Positions 1-11,400 of a stretch of 43,151 nt of DNA are shown piece by piece (position 1 is the first letter of the stretch; the number at the start of each line of letters is the position of its first letter). Under the pieces are notes generated by a model, which was given only the letters and a program-made list of their open reading frames with translations, was not told the DNA's origin and searched no databases. The DNA comes from Catajapyx aquilonaris. Its lineage: Eukaryota. The stretch covers positions 1 to 43,151 of the forward strand of contig JYFJ02003378.1 in NCBI GenBank assembly GCA_000934665.2, read 5' to 3'. The position numbers and the translations under genes are program-made.

Positions 1-81
1 CAGTGCATGGTGCAGTTGCACTGTATGATCACTGCAGAGGCCATACAAAAATATTATAATAAGAAAATTGCAATGTACTGG

Positions 82-192
82 TATTTATTCAGTCGCACTG
101 TATGACTGATTAGCTGAGAGTTATCTGAATTACAATAATTGTAATTCAGATAACTCTCAGCTAATCAGTCATACAGTGCGACTGAATAAATA
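82..192. repeat. Perfect palindrome: 55 bp arms with a 1 nt loop
   Basis: 82-136 is the exact reverse complement of 138-192. Confidence 0.95.
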
Positions 193-298
193 ATTATTAA
201 ACAATTAGGCAGGATCAGTGATCAGTTATTCAGTATACAAGTACAGTACTTCCCATTGCTTTACCCTCAATGTTTCAGCCTGTCTGTTGGTACTGTAC

Positions 299-1296
299 CT
301 CCTGAGCATGTCCCAGCAGCCGCATGATACCGTTGCTCGCCTTGGCAGCTCTACTTTTAATCTGTCCGACCTCTTCAGACTAATTTAGTAAACAAGGAAA
401 AAGAAACACTTGCCTTTAGATCCATGGACACTTTTTTGGTGTAATATTCTAGATAATTATACAGGTTGAATAAGACCTCTAACAGTAAGTAAAACTCCAG
501 CCAAGGTATTGATGGTCTAAACCTAAAATAAAACCCACATTTTAAATTTGTATTGAAGCAAAGTGTCCGCTGGAGGGATATTGACCTGGGAGTTCCGAAT
601 CACTCTGTACAATGAACTATACATATAGTAGCCTAGATTATATTCACATACTGTAACCCAACCCCCAGTCACTCCCTCAAAAAGAAAGAAAAAAAAGCCC
701 TTTCAACATATGACCTTCCCAAGAAGGTTGTTCACAAAGTTCAACAATTCATTTCAATTACAGAGGTTGATGCATCAATTACTTAACCTTATTAGCTAAA
801 ACTTCTGATAACCATTACAAGTAGGCTACATGAGCTCAGTAATAAATCGATAACCACTACTGATATTTCAATTACTGCAACCTTCTGTACACAACCACCC
901 TCTAATTATCCCTGCTGGTCCAAAATCTACCAAAAAATTAACATTTCTGCCACCAAAATTGCAGCCAAATTTCACGGCAATAGAACAGAGCTGTGACGTC
1001 ATAACGAACGCGTTTACATTTGAGGTGAAGACGGGTCACGACGCGATCGAAACGCGATCGAGATGACATTCAGGCCTGACTATAGGTCGCGTCTAGATAA
1101 TTAAGCGCGACCTGCGTCTCGACCACGTCTGGTTCTGATTCCAACAAAAAATCAACAAGAATCGAACACTGACCTGCTCCTCCCCCTTCCCCTTATTCTT
1201 CCTCCTTCCGATCTTGACCTCCACCTGCTGGTTCTGAACCTTATTCTTGAGTGCCCTGGCTCTCTGGCCCATTAGGATCTTCTTGGCAGCGTCCAT
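299..1296 (-). CDS. First two coding exons of an unidentified gene that continues past the left edge (MDAAKKILMGQRARALKNKVQNQQVEVKIGRRKNKGKGEEQ/SEEVGQIKSRAAKASNGIMRLLGHAQE...)
   Basis: Exon 1296..1174 (ATG, 123 nt, donor GTCAGT) and exon 379..299 (acceptor TAG, 81 nt, donor GTACAG) join in frame at phase 0; a CpG-rich region surrounds the first exon. Confidence 0.6.
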
Positions 1297-1374
1297 CTGA
1301 ACCGATGACACTTGAGAGGACGCGCAACGAGCGGATTTAGACGAGACGGAATCAGTCGCAATCAAAATGAGTCG

Positions 1375-1386
1375 GCGGCCATCTTG
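1375..1386 (-). promoter_or_regulatory. YY1-like CAAGATGGC motif near the 5' end of the left-edge gene; similar motifs at 3377-3386 and about 16057-16065
   Basis: The minus strand reads CAAGATGGCCGC just upstream of the coding ATG; the motif is common at TSS-proximal positions of housekeeping genes. Confidence 0.35.
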
Positions 1387-1559
1387 TTCCAACCCCGCCA
1401 AAACAAGTCTTCAGACGCCGCCGCCAGTCGGCGCTGCAGTCGACATTTTTTTAAAAAACCAATCTAGCGCAAATATCGTTCCATATTTTAAACCCCAACC
1501 AGGTCATTAAAATTTGCCATTTAAAATACCACGAATTTAACAGCAATTTATTTAGCACA

Positions 1560-1628
1560 ATTTTTGTGTTGTGGTTTTGGCAACACTGTGTGAGACTTAC
1601 AGCGTTGCCAAAACCATAACACAAAAAT
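1560..1628. repeat. Near-perfect inverted repeat (~30 bp arms, 9 nt loop) in the divergent intergenic region
   Basis: atttttgtgttgtggttttggcaacactgt pairs with acagcgttgccaaaaccataacacaaaaat with 2 mismatches. Confidence 0.85.
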
Positions 1629-2255
1629 ATTATTCACTAAAATTCTGATCAAATTGAATTTAATGGAACATTTTAAGTCAACATGAATTTGTGCATTTAC
1701 ATATTATTTGAATAGGTTTGCACGCAAACATTTCATTGCACTCTTGCGCTATTAAGTAACAGGTGCAAAGGTCAATGACCTTACATGCAAAAAAAAATCG
1801 ACTTTTTTTTTCTCGCCATAAAATATTGGAGTATTGCACATTATGCTGTACAATTTCATTATTTAACCATAGTACATCACTGAAATTCGACTGATATTTT
1901 AGTACAGTAAAGATATGTTTTCATAAATAATGCAGTATGCAATTGTAGGAATCGACATCACAACAAAAATATTCAATTCGCATCAGAAATTGATCCATTT
2001 TTTCTTTAATGAACACAAATTGGAATAAACCTAACAGTCACTTTTTCACTGCAATACAGACCTTTCGGAATTAAAGCAATGTCCTTAATTTTTAAAAAAA
2101 ACACCTTTATTAACAGAATCAAATGTCAGTTCAGAGCTGCATTGTTGCAATTATTGGCAATCCTGCACGTAAACAATCCAGCAATATTCCTGGAAATCAT
2201 ACATAACATCATTGTGATACTAACACTCTTTTATGTACAAAAATAAAATAAAAAA

Positions 2256-4550
2256 ATGGAGTACTTGAAGCAAGCAACGTTGTGGGGTCCTTGCCTGGAC
2301 ATAACCAAAGCCCGAAGAGCATTTGGACTCCGATGCCTCCCAAAGCTGGTAAGGAACGCACAAAATAATTCCAACCCGCTTGAATCGTAACCATTTTCCA
2401 ATAAATTGACAGGATGAACACTTGAACGGAACCAACCTCCTGATCCAACAACAAGCGATCAATTCGCTGGACGAATGTTTGCACGACCCGGAGAATGTCG
2501 CACATGCCCTCAGGATTGGATTAGTCAGAACGCAAGTCCCTTCCGCACTTTTTTTATACATAGTATGTAATATGGCCCATTACTGAGCCAATCCATCCAT
2601 ACTGGGAACGTCCATCCCCCTGCCACCCATGTCGTCCACCAGCCTCCTTAGGAGTCCCAGCATCTCCGCACTCTGCTCCTCATACCGTTGCCTAGCCAGT
2701 TTCATCTCCCTGTTACCCTCCTTCAGCAAGGCCAGTATCTCACTGTCCACGTCAACCGTCTTCCGTTTGACTCCCTGCTGAACAGGCACTGGCGGAAGCC
2801 TCTCCTTGACGTCGTCCTCCGAACTGGCATCTCCTTCTCCGTCGCCAGATCCCAGGCATGCATCCATATGCTTGTAGAACACCCATTGCCTACAGGGCTT
2901 CCCGTTAACAGCGCCAGATTTCAGCTCCTAAAACGCCACAGGTGTAATACACACGACAACAAATTGAAGCGCACGTACTTTATACTTGTGGTACATGTTC
3001 TCCCACTTCCGCTTGGCTTGCTCTTCCGTCACAACCTCATCCAACCCCAGCTCGGTCAGGATCAGCCTGCCAAAGAGAGGCGCAATCAATGCTAGATCAA
3101 CGCTAATTAGGCAAACCGACTCAACTGCATCCCGGCACGTGCGGTGTTCCTCTTTCCGGTGAAGAGGTGTCCGTACTGGGTACGCAGCTTCACAAACCTC
3201 TTTGTCATCTCTGTCGACCCTGCAGAAGTGTTTGTATAATTATCAACCCAACATAATGACGTTTATCTTTGCCCAAAATGGTACGTACATTTGTAAGGTG
3301 TTGCTGGAGTGTCCCATGTGAGCCTGTCGCCTTTTTGGAGCAACTTTTCGTTCGAAGAATCTTCCTCACTGGACAGCGCCATCTTGAAGTAGGGCACAAG
3401 TCCGCTAAGGGCACTACTCTAGGCACATGAAATTAAGTTAATTTTAAAAACGCTGCATTTTTATCCCTTACTATATCCGTTTATAGACAGTTAATAACCA
3501 ACTTAAAACTGATAATTTGAGAAAATCATTTAAAAAGCGGTCGATTTGAAAAGGATGTAACTACATATCTGTACAGAGGGGCTGTATAAAACAGTTTTAA
3601 CACAATTGTTGTTGAAGTAATGAACATAGATTAATTAGTTAATTGCATCTGGTCCTGATAGGTTGATCAAACTGCTGCCGTCCAGAGACCAGCTAGTGCG
3701 GCAGAAGGCCTGCAGCTGCCTGAGGACAATCAGCAACCACCAGATTGGAAGGGAGGAGGCCATCAAGCAGGCCCTTCCAGCCGCACTCTCCTTCAGCCTG
3801 AGGGATGAGGCCAGACCGGTGCGCTTCCATGCCCACCGGTGCTTGCTGGCACTGGCGCAGGGGCCGGAGGGAGCCATGGGAATCCTGGATGCTCTGCTGG
3901 TCAAGCAGCTGCTCAGGCGGCTGGCAAGGGAGGACGGGGAGATAAGGGCCATTGCACTGGAGACGCTGCACAATCTCTTCCAGTTCGACCGTCTCCAAGG
4001 ATTGGGAGCGGGTGGGCTGGCCACTCTGATGAAGCAGCTGGATGCCGAGTACTGGGCGGTCAGATGGGGTGCTGCCGTCTGCATTGGGGAGCTCTCAGCC
4101 GACCCTGCTGGAAAGCTGCAGGGAAACAAGATGAACCTGATCCCAGCCCTCATTAAAATGTTTGACGACGACGTCATGACGGTCAGTTGACCCGTCACAG
4201 CCAACATGATATCCGTTTGACTAATGAATCCTTGTTGCATTCAGGTACGTGCAGCGGCAGCGGCAGCCCTCGGGTTCCAGACGATTACGACCCCTGGGAA
4301 GATCCAGGCGGTCAAGCTTGGCCTCGTAACCAAGGCGGTCAAGCAGCTGGATAGCGGGTGCTGCCCTTGCACGCACGAGATGATGCTCAACACGCTTGGG
4401 CTGCTGACCAACCTGGCCACCGTCCCGGAGGGCCGCAAGATCCTCCTGGAGCACCACATGGAAGTCCTAAACATCTGCGAATTCCACAAGAATTACAAGG
4501 TTGCCTCCAGTGCCAAGCAGCTAGTCAGGGTCATCCAGTTCATGCCTTAA
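2256..4550 (+). CDS. RSPH14: Radial spoke head 14 homolog (RTDR1-like ARM-repeat protein), ~345 aa, 4 exons
   Basis: Exons 2256-2348, 2713-excluded none; exact set: 2256-2348, 2413-2531, 3662-4181, 4245-4550 (1038 nt, in frame). Motifs AFGLRCLPKL, LHDPEN, TPGKIQA, PEGRKIL and terminal VIQFMP match recalled RSPH14 motifs (AYGHRALPKL, MHDPEC, TEGKYAA, PEGRKAL, VIEFKP). Intron 2 is modelled as GC-AG. Confidence 0.85.
2580..3382 (-). CDS. Myb/SANT-like (trihelix/MSANTD-type) DNA-binding protein, ~207 aa, 4 exons, nested in RSPH14 intron 2
   Basis: Exons 3382-3289, 3219-3126, 3066-2979, 2927-2580 with GT-AG introns of 69, 59 and 51 nt; 624 nt in frame. Reads YKWSTEMTKRFVKLR..LFTGKRN..EQAKRKWENMYHKYKELK..WVFYKHMDACL followed by a C-terminal coiled-coil-like segment. 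Confidence 0.8.
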
Positions 4551-5489
4551 CCTTTTCCCTGTGGCGCAACGCTTGCAACAAGTAGTGAGAGGGGAGCAAG
4601 CAATGAGACAGAAAAGGCATGCCTTCAACAATTTATTCACAGGTGTAATGCTCTTCTTTTTACTTCTTCGCGGTGCCTTCAAGGCGACCAAGTAATGGTT
4701 GGGGGGGAAGGGGGGGACAAAAATAAGGATAAATAAAATTAGATGGGGTAGATGCTTATATTTGTTGTTGTTGCAGGGAAAATGAAAATAAGGTCAATAA
4801 CATAACCTTGGTTTTTTTTAAATTATTCTCCTGAGCCTTTAAAATTTCCTATATCATTTTTTTTTTTTTTTTTGCCTCCACCTTGTAGTTTTTGCTGATC
4901 AATCATGCTGCTCACATAGTCATGCAGCTGCATATTAACACTTTTATGTACAGTCCACAAAGTTCACCCCGCTTCCCGCGCGCGCACATGTATCCTCCAC
5001 CCCGCCTTCGACTGGGCAACGACTTGCCTCTCGCTGCAGGGTTCAGTCTGCTGCGGCGTGAGCAACCAGTTGGCGCAGTCGAGACGGGGCGAGATCGTTT
5101 TCCCCCACCCCTGCTGGATATCCCGCGAATTAGCTCCCCTTAATTTTAAGGCGGGGACAATACTGAGTTAAGGTTAAATAATTAATATTACAGGCTGGGA
5201 AAGGGCGGGGTGGGGGAGGATGACAGAAAACAATATTGCGGGAGGTGAGGCCAAGTATCTCACTTGGGGGAGCTGTACTTTCACATGGGGGAGGCAGAAA
5301 AAGGGGGAAAGGAAAGAAGGGCCTAGGAGACATAGGGGGGAGGTTCAGCCCTGTAAAAACAAGTCAATCCACACAACCACAATTTTAATCATTTTTAAAT
5401 AGGTGGTGTAAACATTCGCCTCCCGAAACCCGCCCCCATATCCCCCATCCTCCCTGCCTCAATTTTCCTCTCTCTAACGCCATCCACAT

Positions 5490-8400
5490 TCACCAGCACT
5501 TGCTCTCTATCTTGTGTGCTTCCGTTATCTTCCCCTGTGCACTGAGTACCCTGGCTTGAACAGACGGGTGTAGGGCCGAGAATCCTGGGGGAACCAGAGG
5601 AGACGGGGAGGAGGAGGCGGAAGAGGCGGAGGAGGAGGCGGCGGAGGAGGAGGAGGAGGATGGGGATGGGGAGGCCGAGTGGTGGGGAGGCACACCCTTG
5701 GTTCCAACCATGGAGCCGACCAGCCCCCCGTTTGAGACCAGTTGCTGTGTTCCAGGGGGTGGCAGCTGCGGAGGTGGGTACGCCAGAGTGGGGTTTGGGA
5801 GTGTGGGTGGAGGAGGGTATCCCAAGGCCTCGAGCCAGTGTGGAGGGGAGTCAGAGCGGGACTTGCTGAGCTGGCCGCTGACCACTATGGCCGGATCCAG
5901 GGCTGACCACTCCGTCTGAGGGGGCGCTGTGTTCATGCCACTGCTTCCGCACTTCCAACCTGAACAGAATACGCCAACAGTCAAGATTCGCTTTGGTCGC
6001 TTGCAACAACATGTGTATAGTCAAGAACCTTACCTTTGCGTTGAAGTGACTGCGGCAGAGAAGGCAGCGAGTGCAGTCCACTGTGAGTATGGTGGGGTAG
6101 GGAGGAGGAACCCGAATTGCTTCCGCCGCCTCCCGCTCCGCCCGCACCAAAGGCCAGCAGGGAGTGCAGCCCTTCCAGTCCTGGAAACACATCCTTGTTG
6201 TTGTTGTTGTTATTGTGATGGTGTGGATGGTGGTGGAGCTGCTGTTGTTGGTGATGCAAGTGGTCCATGTGGTTGCTCAGGTGGTTGAGGTGTGGAGGAG
6301 GAGGAGGAGGGTGGTTGGGTCTGGAGGTGGGGAGAGGAGGGTGCCTCATCCCACCACCATTGCCATACTGTTGTTGCATCTGACTGAACATGCTGAGATC
6401 ACCGCTCGAGTTGATCCCGGAACCAACTGAGGATGACCCCATGTGGTTGTGGAGGAGGGAGCCCAGGCCAACATACGGGAACAACTTGCTACCAGAAAAG
6501 TCTGGGGGGAGAGAGATATACACAAAGGTAAGTTTTGTCATCACCCAGCAGTTGCACAAAAGCAAATCCCAGAACTGACCTGGATGATGTGTTTGCTGCT
6601 GCCGAGGTGTTGCGGCTCCAACTCCCAACCCGTAGGAAGAGGCAGCAGAGGAGGCGAATCCAGGCGGGGGCTGCCTGGCCCTGTTCCCGGGCATGGTTCC
6701 AGGTTTGGAAGGTGGGGGAATCCTCTGGTGCTGCCCACTGAGCAAATGAGCCAAGTGTGGTGAGGACTGAGAGTGCAGGTGGTGGTTCTGGTGGTGGTTG
6801 TGGTTGTTGTATAAGGACGCGTGGGTTGCCGATGAGGAGTGGCGCAAGTGGGGCGGCTGGAGCACGTATTGTGTGCCGTAGTGGTTGTATTGAGAAGCTT
6901 CCTCATCCTCCTTTTCCATGATCTCCGCCAGGGCCTTCTGCGTCTCGTGGAACGGGTCAAACCCAAGGTCATCCTCACCTAGCTTGGAGGAGGAGCAGTC
7001 CTCGTCATCCACAACGTCACCTTCCCTGCCGCCCACTACACTGGTTGAATTTCCACTATTAAACCCGAATGCGGCTTGCCAGTCCGTATTGCTATGGTGT
7101 GTGGGAAGCGACTCAGGCATGGCAGGGGCAGAGTCACACAGCCAGTCTGGAAACGAAACCAAAAAGTGATGAACCAGCTGTTCCTCCCACAAAAAGCTGT
7201 CTTCTACACATGTCCCATAATTATCCCATAATTCTTACTCTCTCTCTCTCTCTGACTGTGAGTGCACACATTCATGAGTCTTTCAAATGGACACCCTACA
7301 CATGACAATTTCATTAAAAAATTGCTTAGGAACCATGACTTTGCTCATGTAGACAACTAACAAGCATTTCTCGGACAAGCAAATGGCTGCACTGCCTGTC
7401 CATTATCCCAACAGACCCAACGTAAAAGTCTGCAGTGAAATATGCAACTTAAGATTGCGACACTCACCTCCGTCCAGTGAGGATGTTGGCAGAGAGGAGG
7501 AGGACGAGGCTTTGCTCCCCGATGGAGATCCGTCACTACTTGTGGTGACTGCTGCCACAGAGGATTGCACTGAGTTGCTGAAGAAGGAGTTGCTGGACAC
7601 CGCATGATCTTGAAGTACCACTGGGTTGTTGGCCATTATGTTGGGCTTCTTCTGGTGGAGGGAAGGAAGGGAGGAAGATGAAGATGAGGACGAAGAGGAA
7701 GAGGACGAAGAGGAGGAAGTTGATGATACTGGGGAAGGTGATTGGCTAGGGTGAGGAGGATTCTGTGGTGAGAACAAGGAGGAGGTGGATGAAGATGATG
7801 ATGATGATGAAGAAGAGGATGAGGAGGATGAAGATGAAGAGGAGGATGGAGAAGAGGAGGCGGAGGAGGATGGAGAAGGTATCGGCTTTGGCTTTGACTT
7901 TGAGTCTGTGGCCTCCTGCTCGTTGGCAGGGGGGCTGGGTGGGGAGGGTATTGGGGTGTGGGAGGAGAGGGAGGAAGAGGAAGAGGAGCTGGAGGACGAC
8001 GAGTGCCCCTTCTCCCTGCTGCTCTTCCTCTTCCCATTGACCTGCGGCTGCTGCTGCTGCTGCCCCTTCTTCCCACTCTTCCCTCCACCACTCCCACCAC
8101 TGCCTCCCTGCAAGGAAGGCCACACGCCCTCTTTGACCCCTCCTCCTTCCTTCCCATTGGCGATACCCACTTTGCTGTCCACCAAAGTCTTGTCCACCAC
8201 CTTTTCACCTCCACTGCCACTCCCACTACCATTCACTCCCCCACTGCTTGCAGGTGTTGTTACCGGAGGAGAGTTGTTGCTTGGTCTCCTTGAAAAAATG
8301 GACAAAGTTCATGTAAGCCCTGTGATCTAAACAAGTATCCGCAAATGCTCAATCCAGCTATGAGAACTACATGACACCAATTCAGTAGCATAACAATTGG

Positions 8401-11400
8401 CTTGGGAATACTACGAGGGGAGTTCATAAAGTTCGCGCCTTTGGGTTGACGGAAATGAGAGAGACGGTTCAAATTGCAGACATGTACGAGTATTAATCCT
8501 TCTCTCTATATGAACTATGCAAAGCCACACATTTTTCCCAGTGATTCACGACCTGCGGGACACCATCATTGTATAAGTCGACACTTTGTGCTTGAAAATG
8601 GTTTTCAACCTCTGTGATCACCCCCTCGTCGCTTTCGAAATGTTCCCGCACAGTGGTTGCTTCAAGTGGTAAAAGCGGAAGAAGTTCCCAGGGGCGAGGT
8701 CTGGGGAATACGGCAGATGGGGCAGAATATGTACTCCAACTGGCCTGCAAGTGCCACAGTTGCATGGGCAGAATGAGCAGGTGCATTGTCGTGCACACCT
8801 TGCGTCACCATTCCTCTTCTCTTCAGCTTGATCAGGTGATACAGCTTTTACAGGAGATCTTGATAATACTGCCCTGCGATGGTCTGACATTTTTGTGCCT
8901 AATGAGTCAGAATAAAATCCCCGGGAATCCCAAGAAAAACACTGAGCATAACCTCCCCAGATGATGATGGCTGCATTCTGCCCTTCTTTGGCGGTGGAGA
9001 GTTTTGAGTGTTTCCACTGCTTGTTCTGCAATTTGGTCTCTAGGTCGTAGTAGCACACCCAACATTCGTCCATGATCTGAGGAGTCGGTTGAAAAAAACA
9101 CCATCTTCGGAGAGGAACATCGCCAACATTTCCTTAGCCTTACCCAGGTTTAAAACTTTTTTCAAGCACAAAGTGTAGACTTCGACAATAATGGTGGCCC
9201 ACAAGTCGCACATCGCTGGGAAAAATGTGTGGCTTTGCAGGATTAATATAGAGAGGAGGACTAATACATGAGTGCAATTTGAACCGTTTCTCTCATTTCC
9301 TAAAACCCAAAGGCGCAAACTTTATGAACGCCCCTCGTAAATATGCGACCTGCGCACTCGGTTGCGCTCACTAAAAAATTGATCTATAGGATCTTGGCTT
9401 TGGCATCAAGTCAAGAGGAATTTAGAAATGGTTGCTGGTGGATACCCTGACGACTATCAAGTTTGCATAGTTACACGTGTAACTGAGGCAAAGTTTGAAT
9501 ATTCTCCATTTCATCTTCACAGCAACGCCAGGGAGCATAAACTACATAAGAGGCGCAAACTTCTGTCGCCGCCTTTGATGTTCGCGTCTCTCTGTTTATA
9601 GGGCGTTGCCAAGGCTGGCGGCCATTTTGAAGTGTGTGGTAGGCCAACGACGTATAAATAGGGTACAGGCAGGCCGTCAAGGTCCGCGGGGGTCCACCAT
9701 ATTTGATGGCTTTGGCGGCCATGGCAACTACACGGCAAGAACACGCGCGAATTTGAATTCGATATTGGAATGGGTGAGTAAATTGTTATTGCCGTGGCAG
9801 CCAAAACCATCAAAGAAGGCGGACCCCCGCGGACCTTGACAGCCTGCCTGTACTCTATTTATACCTCGTTGGTGCACCACGCTGCCAGCCTTGGCAACGC
9901 CCTATAAACAGAGAGACGCAAAAATCGAATGTTTGCGCCTCTTATGTAGTATATGCTCCCTGTCAACGCAAGTAAAACACATCATTTGGCCTGAAATGTG
10001 TTTTCGCTACGACGCAGTACTCCAAGCCACGAAAGGTATAGCACTGCTCTCAGTTTCTGCAGTTAACAATAGCTGCCATTAATGACTCTCTTACACATGA
10101 AAACGCAATTAAAGATGGATATTGCGTAAGTAATCCAAAAATTAATACTGGCAGCTCTTTTTCTCAGAAACGGACGGCTGCTTACTCCCATGTGCATGGA
10201 GTTGTATGGCATCGAAGTCTTAGATTAGTCTCCTCCTCACCTTTCCTTGTTGATGTTGTTCTGTGTTGTGCTAAAGACTTGCTCATGCAGCTTCTTCTCA
10301 TAGTCCTGGTGCTTCCCTTGCTGCATCTCCTCCTTGGTGAAGCTGGCCTCCTGCTCCCCTGCAAACAACAAATACAGACATCACAATATGGTCTCATAAG
10401 ACTCTCATGTCCTCCACAAGCGAGACTTACCCAGCTCATGCAGGTACATGCAATCAGACTTTGGGCACGCCTGGTTCTTCATGAAGTGCGAGCAATACTT
10501 GGTTGTCCCCAGTGAGGCCTTCAGCGTCTTCCCATCCACAACAATGTTGTTCACGTTGTGGATAGCCTTCAGGGCGTCCTCTGACTTATGGTAAGTCACG
10601 TACGCAGAAGCACTTGGGCCTTGAGTGCCAGCATACGAGGAGCTATGGTTCACGACCACCTTGTGGATCTTGCCAAACTTTCCGAAGTAGTCAGCCTTCC
10701 TCAGAACCTATTGACGGGCATAGATGTGGCATTAATAACGTGGTTCCAATGCAAATAGCAGGTCCATGATGCTCAAAGTGGCATAAATAGGGAGGGATCA
10801 CTGGTGAGGACATCACATCTACATGCATTGCATCAGTAGGGCTAACCAACTGTTCAATATAACAACGAGGGGTCACCCCGAAACTGGACTTTGGACTACG
10901 ACTGCAACTCTTCTGAACACTCTAAATGCCCTTGTACAGTTGCTTGTTTCACTGCAAAATCTCCGTCACTTCTATTTTTAAAACATGCTGCCATTGTTGT
11001 AACTGGAGATGTCACGAGTAATGATAGAGAGGGAGGTCAGGTTGGAGGAGGTGGGGGCACCACTTCCCCTTTCCCTGCATTATAAACTGAGTTAACGGCA
11101 TTTTTATCGCAGCGCATATCACATTTCGGACACTGAAGACCCATACCTATGCATGGAGACATTTATCGCAAAATGTTCCAATTTGGAGGCAGTGGCCGTT
11201 TAATGTAAATTTTGCCCTGTGGTGATCCCAGCTCAGAAACGACCTTTTCAGCTAATTTTCACATGACCTAAGCCCTTTACTCCTCAAAGTGTGTGGATTT
11301 GCTGGAACAAAACCATTATTTGCCTTCTATGTACTACATTACTTCCTTATCCCAACTTCTGATTATTCAACTAAGCTATGGAGAGGTCAGTAGTGAAATT

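Noticed and set aside
2144..2161. RFX X-box upstream of RSPH14
   Set aside because: gttgcaattattggcaat has non-canonical spacing and half sites.
3635..4489. Minus-strand ORFs of up to 201 aa
   Set aside because: Antisense shadows of GC-rich RSPH14 exons.
4892..5402. Additional CNOT4 terminal exon or short ORFs
   Set aside because: An acceptor-like site exists near 5351, but I cannot support a specific splice model; treated as 3' UTR.
7636..8330. Several long overlapping ORFs (poly-D/E, poly-P/H)
   Set aside because: Alternative-frame or antisense shadows of the Ser-rich CNOT4 exon.
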